This document shows, one piece after another, positions 27,268-36,300 of a stretch of 64,000 nucleotides of DNA (the stretch's first letter is position 1; each line of letters opens with the position of its first letter). The notes under the pieces are model-generated. The model was not told the origin of the DNA and did no database searches. It worked only from the letters and a program-made list of their open reading frames with translations. This DNA comes from Desulfuromonadales bacterium (GTDB taxonomy: Bacteria; Desulfobacterota; Desulfuromonadia; Desulfuromonadales; SZUA-540). The translations under genes were made by a program, and so were the position numbers. The stretch is taken from positions 1-64,000 of the forward strand of contig JAWSUS010000012.1 in NCBI GenBank assembly GCA_033549025.1, written 5' to 3'.

Positions 27268-27435
27268 ATGTGGAAAATTGCCGGTAAAAAAAACAAAGCC
27301 CATGCTGCCCAACCAGGTCTCTGTCCCCAGTGCGGCTGCACCTTGAGTGATCCAGGTTGGCGAAGCTGTCCGCGTTGCCAGCAGGAGATACACTCCTGCA
27401 CGGGCTGCGGGGGGTGTGGCGGCTGCGGGAAATAG
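27268..27435 (+). CDS. 55-aa Cys-rich feo-associated protein (not in ORF track)
   Basis: AGGAGG RBS overlapping the feoB stop; MWKIAGKKNKAHAAQPGLCPQCGCTLSDPGWRSCPRCQQEIHSCTGCGGCGGCGK; terminator follows. Confidence 0.75.
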   Translation: MWKIAGKKNKAHAAQPGLCPQCGCTLSDPGWRSCPRCQQEIHSCTGCGGCGGCGK

Positions 27436-27453
27436 CTGGCTGAAGCGCCAAAA

Positions 27454-27489
27454 AAACGAGGCCGTCTCCTCTTGGGGGCGGCCTCGTTT
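27454..27489. terminator. Bidirectional terminator
   Basis: AAACGAGGCCG...CGGCCTCGTTT between the feo operon and the convergent radical SAM gene. Confidence 0.7.
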
Positions 27490-27515
27490 CATTTTTAAGC
27501 GAAGGCTCCTTGCCT

Positions 27516-30500
27516 TCAGTCGGGATGAGCCTGCCGGGGGGCTTGCCGATGGCTTGAATGAAGGGGGCAGCTTTGACCGCTGCACTCGCGATTTTCGGGC
27601 TGCTGGCGGCAGCCGATGACGGCCTCGGCCCGCAGTGGGATCGGCAGCAGCGGCGCCGACAGTTCGGCGGCAGCTCGCAGGGCGACCCAGCCGTCGCGCC
27701 GGCAGCAGCGAGGTGCGTTAAGAGAAGCGATGCGGGCGAGGACCTCCTGGGTCAGCTGCTGAACCTGCTGACGCTGTGCACCCTTGAGGGGATTGGCTTC
27801 GAGCAGAAGGCTGAAGGCGACGCCGACCCCGGTGGCGGCGCCGCAGGCGCCGAGAAAGGCGCAACTGCCGCCGATGACCTTGCTCCCGCGCTGGATGCCG
27901 GCCCGGATCTGGCCAGGGGAGATAGGACCGCCGAGATTGCCAAAGGTGGTGAGGATGACGGCCGGTACCAGAGCATGATGTTCGGGGCCATGGATGGGAA
28001 TGGCCGGGTGGCGGCGGATCCGGTCGAAGAGGGCGAGCAGATCCGTTTCGCGGCTCTCCAGGCACATCTGCTCAATGACCTGCAGGGCATCCTGCGAATG
28101 GCAGCCGTCGCAGACGAAATGACCGTGCGTGCAGCTGGCGTTGGCGGCAAAACTCTGACCGCAATAGGTGCAGACGGCGGGGCGCTCCTGCGGGAAGTAG
28201 TCGAGGGGAGCGCCGCAGACCATGCAGCCGCTGCCGTATTTTATCGTGCTCGGCGCCGAAGGCTGGACCGCCGCTTGATCGGTCCGGGCTTCCGGCGACA
28301 GAGCGCAGCCGCAGCCGGCCCCGAGATCGAGGTTGCTGACAGCCCCCTGGGCGTCGAAGACGAATAGCTGCTTGCCCAGCTGGGTCGCCTCGCTGGCGGC
28401 AATCTCCACCTCTGTACCGACAGCGAGGGTCTGGCCGCTGCTGGTAGTGACGCTGGCGAAGGGGCCGCGGTACATGACCCGCACCTTGGCAGCGGCCTCG
28501 GGTTTGCGGGCCTCGAAGGTCAGGGAGAAGAAAGGGTGCCCCTGCACGGTGCGGTAGGGGAAGCGTTTAAGCAGGCGGATGTGGGCGAAGCCCTCTTCTT
28601 CCAGCAACCCGACTAGATCTTGCTGGGTGAGGGCGCCGCCGATGCATTCGCCATGCAGGGTGGTGTCGTTGCGGATGGCCCCGCCGGGCTCGCGGTCGCA
28701 CACCACATCGGCCACGACGAGGCGGCCGCCGGGTTTTAAGGCGCGGAAAATGCCGGCAAAGGTCCGACGCTTGTGACTGGAGAGATTCAGCACACAGTTG
28801 GAGAGGATAACATCGACACTATTTTCGGCCAGAGGTAATTCTTCCAGATAGCCTTTTTCAAAGGTCAGATTGTCGTAGCCAAGGTTGGCCCGCACACCTT
28901 GGGCTCCTCGCCGCGCCAACTCCAGCATGGGATCGAGCATGTCGACTCCGATGGAACGGCCCTCGGCCCCGACCAGGCGGGCGGCGATAAAGCTCTCGAC
29001 GCCGCCGCCACAGCCGAGATCGACTACCGTCTCCCCTGGTTGCAGACCAGCGTCCAGCACCGGGCTGCCGCAGCCGTAGCCCCGAAAGCGGAACTCGGCC
29101 GGGATGTGGGCGATAAGGTCCTTGTCATAACAGACGGGGTTAAGTATCTCCTCCTTGCGGTCACCCACCGCGGCGGCGTAAAAGTCTTTGACGACGCGGC
29201 GGCTGTCGTGATTGGCCAGGGAGAGCAGGCAGTTGGCGTGGGTGAGGGCGACAGCGCCATGGGCTCCGCAGCCCTCCAGTACATCCCCCATCTTCAGACG
29301 CAGGCTCGGCCTGTCATCGTCGCGGCTGGGCTCAGCCTCTGAGGCGATAAGCCAAAGCAGGATGTTCTCGTACAGCGGAACATAGGGGTCATCCCCTGCA
29401 AAGCATCCGCCACGGAGAAAGCTGTGATCGGCATCGCCCCCGCCCGTAAAAAATCGCCAGGGGGAGGGGAGTGTGGCAGCCGTGGCCTCTCGCAGCTGTC
29501 GCAGAGATTCGCCCTGGCGCCAGGCCGTCGCCAAATCTTGGGAAAGCTCGGTGGCCAGCTCTTTCAGGCCGACGGTGGCGGTCGAGGGATAAAGGCGGCG
29601 GTCGGGGCCGATGGCGACGGATTCCCAGCCGCTGTTGCTGCCGTCGTGGAAGGTGCCGACGGGGGCGAAGGCCTGGGTGCGCAGCGCCTCCAGATTGTCG
29701 ATGCGGATGCCCCGTGCTTTGGCGCGCTCGGCGGCGAGGCGCAGCTGATGGAAGAGTTCGTTCGGGGGGACAAAGCTTTCAGCCCCGGCGCGACCGCGCA
29801 CGAAGTACCAGAGAAAATGGACGTTGGCGGCGCCGACGTCGGCAGCATAATCGATGAGCGCCGGCATATCGGCGACATTGTCCCGCTCGACGCACATGGA
29901 GAGGGTGAAGGGGAGTTCCCGGGCTTTCAGCCACGCAAGCTCGGCGCCGAGGGCGGCAAAGGTTCCCTTGCCCCGGATGCGGTCGTGTCGCTCCTCCAGA
30001 CCGTCGACGCTGACCTGCAGATGAAAGCGGGAGAGATCCCAGTCGGCTGTCTCCAGGTGGCGGGACAGCTGCAGGCCGTTGGTCAGCACGACGACCTGGG
30101 TGTCCCGGTAGGCCAGCAGGTCACGGACGATGGTGCCGAAGTGCGGGTGGCTGAAAGGCTCGCCGCCGGTGAGAGCGAAGACCCGGCAGCCAAGCTCAAC
30201 CGCTTCGGCGGCCAGCTGGCCCACGTTCTCCAGGGAGAGTTCGTCGGTCGCCTCCGGTCCGGAGGCGAAGAGGCAGTGGCGGCAGGCCAGGTTGCAGCGG
30301 TTGGTCAGGTGAAACCAGAGTTCACGCAAATGTTCGGTCTTGAGGAGGGCGCCACGGCCGGCGTAGCCAGCGCCTTGAAGGTCGGGCAGCCTCTGCCGGA
30401 AACGTTCAGCCTCTAGAGAACAGGGAGAGTCTTCGTTCCGCTGCCAGCCCTGCAGCAGTTCGTCGCCGGCGCGATTGGGCACAAACCAGCAGGGCTGGTC

Positions 30501-30566
30501 GTCACGGACGTAAATAGGCACGTTCTCGAACGTGCAGCGTGTCCACTGGGAGGGATCAAAGGACAT
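27516..30566 (-). CDS. Radical SAM + ArsM-like methyltransferase + Cys-rich (DUF5714-like) fusion protein
   Basis: CNLACRHC, TGGEP; GYGCGSP, VVDLGCGGG, SNCVLNL, GECIGGA; C-terminal CMVC, CTYC, CDGCH, HGPEHH, GACGAATG, PRCCRR. Confidence 0.85.
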   Translation of the reverse strand: MSFDPSQWTRCTFENVPIYVRDDQPCWFVPNRAGDELLQGWQRNEDSPCSLEAERFRQRLPDLQGAGYAGRGALLKTEHLRELWFHLTNRCNLACRHCLFASGPEATDELSLENVGQLAAEAVELGCRVFALTGGEPFSHPHFGTIVRDLLAYRDTQVVVLTNGLQLSRHLETADWDLSRFHLQVSVDGLEERHDRIRGKGTFAALGAELAWLKARELPFTLSMCVERDNVADMPALIDYAADVGAANVHFLWYFVRGRAGAESFVPPNELFHQLRLAAERAKARGIRIDNLEALRTQAFAPVGTFHDGSNSGWESVAIGPDRRLYPSTATVGLKELATELSQDLATAWRQGESLRQLREATAATLPSPWRFFTGGGDADHSFLRGGCFAGDDPYVPLYENILLWLIASEAEPSRDDDRPSLRLKMGDVLEGCGAHGAVALTHANCLLSLANHDSRRVVKDFYAAAVGDRKEEILNPVCYDKDLIAHIPAEFRFRGYGCGSPVLDAGLQPGETVVDLGCGGGVESFIAARLVGAEGRSIGVDMLDPMLELARRGAQGVRANLGYDNLTFEKGYLEELPLAENSVDVILSNCVLNLSSHKRRTFAGIFRALKPGGRLVVADVVCDREPGGAIRNDTTLHGECIGGALTQQDLVGLLEEEGFAHIRLLKRFPYRTVQGHPFFSLTFEARKPEAAAKVRVMYRGPFASVTTSSGQTLAVGTEVEIAASEATQLGKQLFVFDAQGAVSNLDLGAGCGCALSPEARTDQAAVQPSAPSTIKYGSGCMVCGAPLDYFPQERPAVCTYCGQSFAANASCTHGHFVCDGCHSQDALQVIEQMCLESRETDLLALFDRIRRHPAIPIHGPEHHALVPAVILTTFGNLGGPISPGQIRAGIQRGSKVIGGSCAFLGACGAATGVGVAFSLLLEANPLKGAQRQQVQQLTQEVLARIASLNAPRCCRRDGWVALRAAAELSAPLLPIPLRAEAVIGCRQQPENRECSGQSCPLHSSHRQAPRQAHPD

Positions 30567-30802
30567 CGTGGGCTCCTGAAAAGCGTCAAAACCTAACGGG
30601 AAAGGGGATGTTGGGAAAGGTTTTATCTATAGCAGGTATTGAGGGATGGGGGCAAGTCGTGAAAACGGCCTGCAAAGCGGGAGGACGTGAAAACTTTTTT
30701 TCAGCAGCAGGTAAACCTTGGAGGATGGGTACCGTCTAAATTAACAATTCCACGGATGATCTCATCCGCAAAAAAACATGAACGAAGAAAAGAGGGAGGT
30801 AA

Positions 30803-31198
30803 ATGATGAATGCGAAAAAAGTAATGCTCATTGGTGGTTTGGTGGTGTGTGTCGCTGTTGCCGGTCCCGGCGCCGCGTTGGCCAAAGGCGGGCAGGGGGG
30901 CCAGTCGGGCTCCCGAGCTCAGGGTTCCATGAGTAACGCAAGTTCCATGGGGCAGACGCAGTCCCAGCACCGCTATCAGAACCAGAATCAGCACCGCTAT
31001 GAGAATCAGAGCGGCAACGGTCTGCAGCAGAAGGCTGGTGAAGGGGAGGGCACGCAGGATCCGGCCCAGAACCGTTATCAGAATCGTTACGAGAACAAGA
31101 GTGGCACCGCCCAGGAATCTGGTGATCTGGACCGCACCCGCGACCGCATCCAGCTGCGTGATCCTTCTACCCATGAAACCACGGAAACGGCGCAGTAA
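30803..31198 (+). CDS. Secreted low-complexity Q/N/R-rich protein
   Basis: GGAGG RBS, signal peptide (..ALA), repeats QHRYQN/QHRYEN/QNRYQN/NRYEN. Confidence 0.75.
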   Translation: MMNAKKVMLIGGLVVCVAVAGPGAALAKGGQGGQSGSRAQGSMSNASSMGQTQSQHRYQNQNQHRYENQSGNGLQQKAGEGEGTQDPAQNRYQNRYENKSGTAQESGDLDRTRDRIQLRDPSTHETTETAQ

Positions 31199-31226
31199 AT
31201 CGCCTCAGCCGGAGCCATGCACAAAG

Positions 31227-31256
31227 CGGGGGGAGATGGGCAACCATCTCCCCCCG
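31227..31256. terminator. Bidirectional terminator
   Basis: 13-bp stem CGGGGGGAGATGG-gcaa-CCATCTCCCCCCG with a T-tract on the plus strand. Confidence 0.8.
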
Positions 31257-31263
31257 TTCTTTT

Positions 31264-31497
31264 TTACCTGCCCCTGATTGCCTCATCCGCCACCTGGCGG
31301 ATATCGCCGAGGCATCAACGGCTCCGGGGGTGCAGAGTCTCGCAGCGGCAGCGTCCTTCCCGGTGGGCGAGCAGAACGGCGGCGAGGATGGTCGAGTGGC
31401 CGTGTCGGCGCACATCCTCGCGGATATCGTGGCGGCTGTGGCGAAAGCAGTAGCAGATCAGCTCATCGTCTCCATCGGAGCCGGTCGGGTTCCCCAT
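31264..31497 (-). CDS. Putative selenoprotein, BFD-like/CopZ-type [2Fe-2S] domain (77 aa, Sec at 31315-31317)
   Basis: CYCF...CRC...HPRSR-U-CLGDIRQVADEAIRGR; read-through restores the family CC motif and ends at TAA just before a terminator. Confidence 0.8.
31275..31317 (-). promoter_or_regulatory. SECIS-like hairpin
   Basis: UGA-UGCCUC-ggcgau-AUCCGCC-AGGU-GGCGGAU-GAGGCA: lower and upper stems with an AGGU apical loop. Confidence 0.75.
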
Positions 31498-31718
31498 CAG
31501 GCTATCCTCTCCAGGCGCACGAACTTGCCGCCTTGGTCATAATACAGGGCAAAACGCCCCTGAATCCCCCGTTCGCTCAAAAAGGGCCGCAGATGCGCGG
31601 CCGGAAACTGCACCCGCGGGCCTTCCTCCGTGGTCACCAGAATCTGCTGAACCTGCCCCTGGTAGTAGCGCAGAAACTGCTGGCGGTCGATATGGATGGA
31701 GAAGCGGCAGCGGGGCAT
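31497..31718 (-). CDS. DUF2835-like protein
   Basis: FLRYYQG..VQFPA.HLRPF..GIQGRF; stop overlaps the next ATG (TGATG). Confidence 0.75.
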   Translation of the reverse strand: MPRCRFSIHIDRQQFLRYYQGQVQQILVTTEEGPRVQFPAAHLRPFLSERGIQGRFALYYDQGGKFVRLERIA

Positions 31719-31724
31719 GGCGGC

Positions 31725-32600
31725 TCAGTCCTCGGCGAGGCAGGCTTGAAGCCCTTCGGCGAGGGTCGGATAATCGAGGCGGATGTCCAGCTTCTCCAGC
31801 ATCTTGCGGTTTTCCATGCGCCGCGATTCGCTGAGGTAGGAGATCATCAGGGGCGCCATGACCTGGCGGGCCTCTTCCATGGGAATCTGTTGCGGGCGGG
31901 GGAGGCCGAGAAGATCGGCCACGGCCAGAAAATACTGGGTCATGGTGCCGCCCTGGCCATCGCAGACATTGAAGATGTCGCCGGCCTCGCCTTTATCCAT
32001 GGCGGCCAGACAGACGCGGGCCAGATCTTCGGCGTGGATGCGGTTGGTCGGTTTACACTCCTCTTCCCGCAGGAGGGGGTGTCCCTCCGTCAGGCGGGCG
32101 ACGGGAAGACGTCCCGGGCCGTAGATGCCGGTGACCCGCAGGATGACCACGGGGACCTGGTGCTCTTTTCCCCAGGCGAGGAAGGCGTTTTCAGCGTCGA
32201 GGCGGCGCCTGGCCCGCGAGGTCTGCGGGTTGGGCGGCGTCTCTTCCGTGACCAGATCATCGCCGCAGTCGCCGTAGACGCCGCTGGTGCTGATGTAGAC
32301 GATTTTGGCCGGTTCCTGCCCCGGCGTGATGGCGGCCAGAAAGTTCCGCACCCGCGGATCGCTGAAGCCGCCGCCCGGCGGCGGCGCAAAGTAAAAGAGG
32401 CCGGCGCCGGCCAGTGGCAGCCCGGTGAGCGATTCGGGGTCGTCGAGGTGCCCGACCAGGGGCGCAATCCCTGCCGCTGCCAGAGCCTGGCCTTTTTCCT
32501 CTTCCCGCACCAGGCCGTGTACCTGTTGCCCCTGGGCCAAGGCCCGGCGGGCGACGCGGCGACCGATATCGCCGCAACCAATAATGACGATTCTATCCAT
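31725..32600 (-). CDS. Atypical SDR / NAD-dependent epimerase
   Basis: IIGCGDIG, YISTSGVYG, GIYGPGR, NRIH. Confidence 0.88.
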   Translation of the reverse strand: MDRIVIIGCGDIGRRVARRALAQGQQVHGLVREEEKGQALAAAGIAPLVGHLDDPESLTGLPLAGAGLFYFAPPPGGGFSDPRVRNFLAAITPGQEPAKIVYISTSGVYGDCGDDLVTEETPPNPQTSRARRRLDAENAFLAWGKEHQVPVVILRVTGIYGPGRLPVARLTEGHPLLREEECKPTNRIHAEDLARVCLAAMDKGEAGDIFNVCDGQGGTMTQYFLAVADLLGLPRPQQIPMEEARQVMAPLMISYLSESRRMENRKMLEKLDIRLDYPTLAEGLQACLAED

Positions 32601-32639
32601 GGAGACCATCCTTTTCAAAAGGCGTAAGGGAGTGCGGCC

Positions 32640-35291
32640 TTACGACAGGCTCTTGCTGACGATTTCATAGACGTCGCGGGAGAGCTTGGGGGCGTCGAGC
32701 AGGCGCTGTAGTTGTTCTTTCATCAGCTGCTGGCGGCCGTCGTCGAACTTGCGCCAGCGGATGAGGGCGGCGGCAAGGCGGGCGGCGACCTGGGGATTGA
32801 GAGGATCGAGGGCCAGCACCTGCTCGGCGGTGAAGCGGTAGCCGCTGCCGTCTTCCCGGTGGAAAGCGGCCGGGTTGCCGTGGCAGAAGGCGCCGATGAG
32901 GGCCCGCACCTTGTTGGGGTTGCGCAGGCTGAAAGCCGGATGCGCCATGAGGGCGCGCACCTGCATCAGGGTGTCGGGGTGGTCGGCGGTGGCCTGCAGG
33001 CTCAGCCACTTGTCGACGACGAGGGGGTCCTGGCTCCACTTGGCGTAGAAGGCCGCCAGCGCCCCCTGTCGTTCGGGGCGGCAGCTGTGTGCCAGGGCGC
33101 CGAGAGCGGCAATGACGTCGGTCATGTTGTCTCCCTGCGCGAACTGCCGCTGGCACAGACGGACGGCCTCATCCTCCTCCAGGGCCATGAGATAGGCGAG
33201 ACAGACGTTCTTGAGGCTGCGCCGTCCCACCGCCGCCGGCTCGATGCTGTAGGGGCCGGTCTCACCCAGACGCTCATAAGTATCGAGCAGTTCGGTCCGC
33301 CAGCGCCGGGCCAGACTTTGGCGCAGGGCCTGGCGGGCGGCATGGATAGCCGCCGGGTCGACCACGGTCATCTGTTCGGCCAGGTAGGTTTCACTCGGCA
33401 AGGTCAGGGCGAGGGCAAGCAGGGCCGGATCGGCCTCGCGATCCTGCAGGGTCAGGCCGAAGGCTTCGCTGAAAACCTCGGCCTCCCCCGGCGTGCGTCC
33501 CTGACTGAGATCCTCGACCAGGCCCAGCAGTACCCTGGTGGCCAGCTGCTGGCCGGCTTCCCAGCGGTTGAAGGGGTCCGCATCCCGGGCCATGAGAAAG
33601 GCGAGGTCGGCGTCGGCCAGGTCGATCTGCAGCTTGACCGGGGCCGAAAAGTCCCGCAGCAGTGAGGGGACGGGTTCTTCCGTAAGACCGACAAAGCGGA
33701 AGCTCTCCTCTTCCTGACGCAGGTTGAGCACCCGGGTGCCGGCGGCGGGGGGAGCGGTCTCCCCTTCGAGCTGCAGAGGGAGGTCGTTGCCCTGGCGGTC
33801 GAGCAGACCCAGGGCCAGGGGGATATGGAAAGGCTGCTTGCTCTCCTGTCCCGGTGTCGGCGGGCAGGACTGGCGGCAGCGCAGGGTGTAGACGCCGCCG
33901 GCCGGGTCGAACGCTGTGGTGACCTGAATCTCCGGGGTGCCAGCCTGGCTGTACCAGCGGCGGAACTGTGCGAGGTCGGCGCCGTTGGCGTCGGCCATAG
34001 CCGCCAGAAAATCCTCGGTGGTGACGGCCTGGCCGTCGTGGCGCTCGATGTAAAGATCCATCCCCCGGCGGAAGCCCTCGCGACCGAGCAGGGTCTGGAT
34101 CATGCGAATAACTTCGGCCCCTTTGTTGTAGACCGTGGCCGTGTAGAAGTTGTTGATCTCCACGTAGGATTCGGGCCGCACGGGGTGCGCCATGGGGCCG
34201 GCGTCCTCGGGGAACTGGGCCTGGCGCAGGATGCGCACTTCCTCAATGCGTTTGACGGGCCGCGAGGTCATGTCAGCGGAGAACTCCTGGTCGCGAAAGA
34301 CGGTGAGCCCTTCCTTGAGGCTGAGCTGAAACCAGTCGCGGCAGGTGATGCGGTTGCCGGTCCAGTTGTGGAAGTATTCGTGGCCGATGACCCCCTCGAT
34401 CCCCTGATAGTCGGCGTCGGTGGCGGTATCGGGCCGAGCCAGCACGTACTTGGAGTTGAAGACGTTGAGCCCCTTGTTCTCCATGGCGCCCATGTTGAAG
34501 TCGTCCACCGCCACGATCATGTAGATGTCCAGATCGTATTCGAGGCCGAAGATCTCCTCGTCCCAGGCCATGGCTTTCTGCAGGGAACGCATGGCGTGTT
34601 CGCACTTGTCGGCGTTGCGCGGCTCCACGAAGATCTGCAGGGTGACCACACGGCCGGAGCGGGTCGTGAAGCGGTCCTCGATTTTGACCAGCTGGCCGGC
34701 GACCAGGGCGAAGAGGTAGGACGGCTTCTTGTAGGGATCCTGCCAGCGCGCGAAGTGGCGGCCGCCATCGAGCTCGCCTTTCTCCATCAGATTGCCGTTG
34801 GACAGCAGCACAGGATACTTGGCGCGGTCGGCGACGAGGGTGACGGTGAAAGGCGCCATGACGTCGGGACGGTCGGGATAGTAGGTGATCTTGCGAAACC
34901 CCTGGGCTTCGCACTGGGTGCAGAAGTTGCCGCTGGACAGATAGAGCCCCTCCAGCGAGGTGTTCGCCTGCGGATCGATCTCGGTGACGGTGCGCAGGGT
35001 GAAGGCGTCGGGCACCTCGGCCAGGGCCAGGGTTTCCGCGTCGAGCGCATAGGCGGTCGTCGGCAGGGGACGCTCGTCCAGGCTGATTTCCCGCAGTTTC
35101 AGTTCCCGCCCGTGCAGCACCAGCGGAGCGGCGGGGTCGACACCGGCCGGGTTGCGGCGCAGACGCAGGGTCGCGGTGACCAGAGTCTGCGATTCGGCCA
35201 GCTCGAAATGCAGGTCGGTGTTATCGACCAGAAAGGCCGGGGGGGTGTAATCCTTGAGATAAATCGTGGTGGGTCGGTTGGTCATGGACAT
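32640..35291 (-). CDS. pepN: Aminopeptidase N
   Basis: TQCEAQGFR, GAMENKGLN, HEYFH..E, NPNKVRAL. Confidence 0.97.
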   Translation of the reverse strand: MSMTNRPTTIYLKDYTPPAFLVDNTDLHFELAESQTLVTATLRLRRNPAGVDPAAPLVLHGRELKLREISLDERPLPTTAYALDAETLALAEVPDAFTLRTVTEIDPQANTSLEGLYLSSGNFCTQCEAQGFRKITYYPDRPDVMAPFTVTLVADRAKYPVLLSNGNLMEKGELDGGRHFARWQDPYKKPSYLFALVAGQLVKIEDRFTTRSGRVVTLQIFVEPRNADKCEHAMRSLQKAMAWDEEIFGLEYDLDIYMIVAVDDFNMGAMENKGLNVFNSKYVLARPDTATDADYQGIEGVIGHEYFHNWTGNRITCRDWFQLSLKEGLTVFRDQEFSADMTSRPVKRIEEVRILRQAQFPEDAGPMAHPVRPESYVEINNFYTATVYNKGAEVIRMIQTLLGREGFRRGMDLYIERHDGQAVTTEDFLAAMADANGADLAQFRRWYSQAGTPEIQVTTAFDPAGGVYTLRCRQSCPPTPGQESKQPFHIPLALGLLDRQGNDLPLQLEGETAPPAAGTRVLNLRQEEESFRFVGLTEEPVPSLLRDFSAPVKLQIDLADADLAFLMARDADPFNRWEAGQQLATRVLLGLVEDLSQGRTPGEAEVFSEAFGLTLQDREADPALLALALTLPSETYLAEQMTVVDPAAIHAARQALRQSLARRWRTELLDTYERLGETGPYSIEPAAVGRRSLKNVCLAYLMALEEDEAVRLCQRQFAQGDNMTDVIAALGALAHSCRPERQGALAAFYAKWSQDPLVVDKWLSLQATADHPDTLMQVRALMAHPAFSLRNPNKVRALIGAFCHGNPAAFHREDGSGYRFTAEQVLALDPLNPQVAARLAAALIRWRKFDDGRQQLMKEQLQRLLDAPKLSRDVYEIVSKSLS

Positions 35292-35467
35292 TCCTTCTCT
35301 GTGCGGGTGGCAATGAAAAGAGGTTCCTGTCAGAGGGTGAGCCCGCTATTTTTCAGCCGCCCCTGACATAAATAAAAAAAATGGTAAGATTTACAAATTG
35401 TAATGAAGGCCCGATAAGGCCTTTCGTTGTTTTGTCAACAGACGTGATTATCGCAGGAGGCCAATGA

Positions 35468-36241
35468 ATGAACAAGAGGATTGTCGGATTAATGGTGTGG
35501 CTGTTGCTGGTGATGCTGGTCGGGGCGGCGGGGGCGGAAACCTTCGGCATGAAGCAGAAGCGCCCCAAGCTGCATGAATACGGCTCTGTCGTCATGAACA
35601 ACTACTCCGAGCAGAAGAACATCGCGCCCGTCGTTTTTCCCCATTGGGTGCACCGGGCCAGGTACACCTGCCGCCTCTGTCATGTGGATATCGGCTTCGC
35701 CATGACGGCCGAAGGGACGCAGATGACGGAGACGGACAATATCAACGGTCTCTATTGCGGTGCCTGTCACAACGGCCAGGAAGCTTTTTCCGTCGCCAAG
35801 GCAGAAAAAAACTGCGATCGCTGCCACTCCTACGGCAAGAACGTGCTGTTCAAGAACAACTTCTACGATTTCCGCAAAAAGATGCCTAAAGAGCGGTTCG
35901 GCAACGGCATCGACTGGCTTAAGGCCGAAGACGAGGGGCTGGTCACGGTCAAGGACTACCTCGAGGGTGTCTCCATCTCTCGGGCCAAAATCAAGGAGCC
36001 GGATAAATTCGATCTGACCCCCACTGAGCCGAACATGCCCAATATCATCCTGTCCCACCAGAAGCATGTGGTGTGGAACGGCTGCGAACTCTGTCATCCC
36101 GAGATCTTCCCCGTCAAGAAGAGCACCCAGACCTACAGTATGCAGGACATCTTCAACGGCAAATACTGCGGGGTCTGCCACGATACGGTGGCGTTCCCCA
36201 ATATCGACTGCCAGCGCTGTCATACCCAGCCGGTGCATTGA
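35468..36241 (+). CDS. Hexaheme cytochrome c (two c7-type triheme domains)
   Basis: Signal peptide; CRLCH, CGACH, CDRCH, CELCH, CGVCH, CQRCH. Confidence 0.92.
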   Translation: MNKRIVGLMVWLLLVMLVGAAGAETFGMKQKRPKLHEYGSVVMNNYSEQKNIAPVVFPHWVHRARYTCRLCHVDIGFAMTAEGTQMTETDNINGLYCGACHNGQEAFSVAKAEKNCDRCHSYGKNVLFKNNFYDFRKKMPKERFGNGIDWLKAEDEGLVTVKDYLEGVSISRAKIKEPDKFDLTPTEPNMPNIILSHQKHVVWNGCELCHPEIFPVKKSTQTYSMQDIFNGKYCGVCHDTVAFPNIDCQRCHTQPVH

Positions 36242-36300
36242 TCCGACGCGGGCGGGCCGCCGGTCCGCCCGCGCCACAGACCTGAGGGATGAAATAGCGT

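Noticed and set aside
28170..28230. C-terminal Cys motifs of the radical SAM fusion (including CDGCH nearby) as a c-type heme domain
   Set aside because: The protein has no export signal and the motifs lie within a Zn/Fe-type Cys cluster
30960..31100. CRISPR-like or tandem DNA repeats
   Set aside because: Short, in-frame, coding repeats with no spacer structure or cas genes
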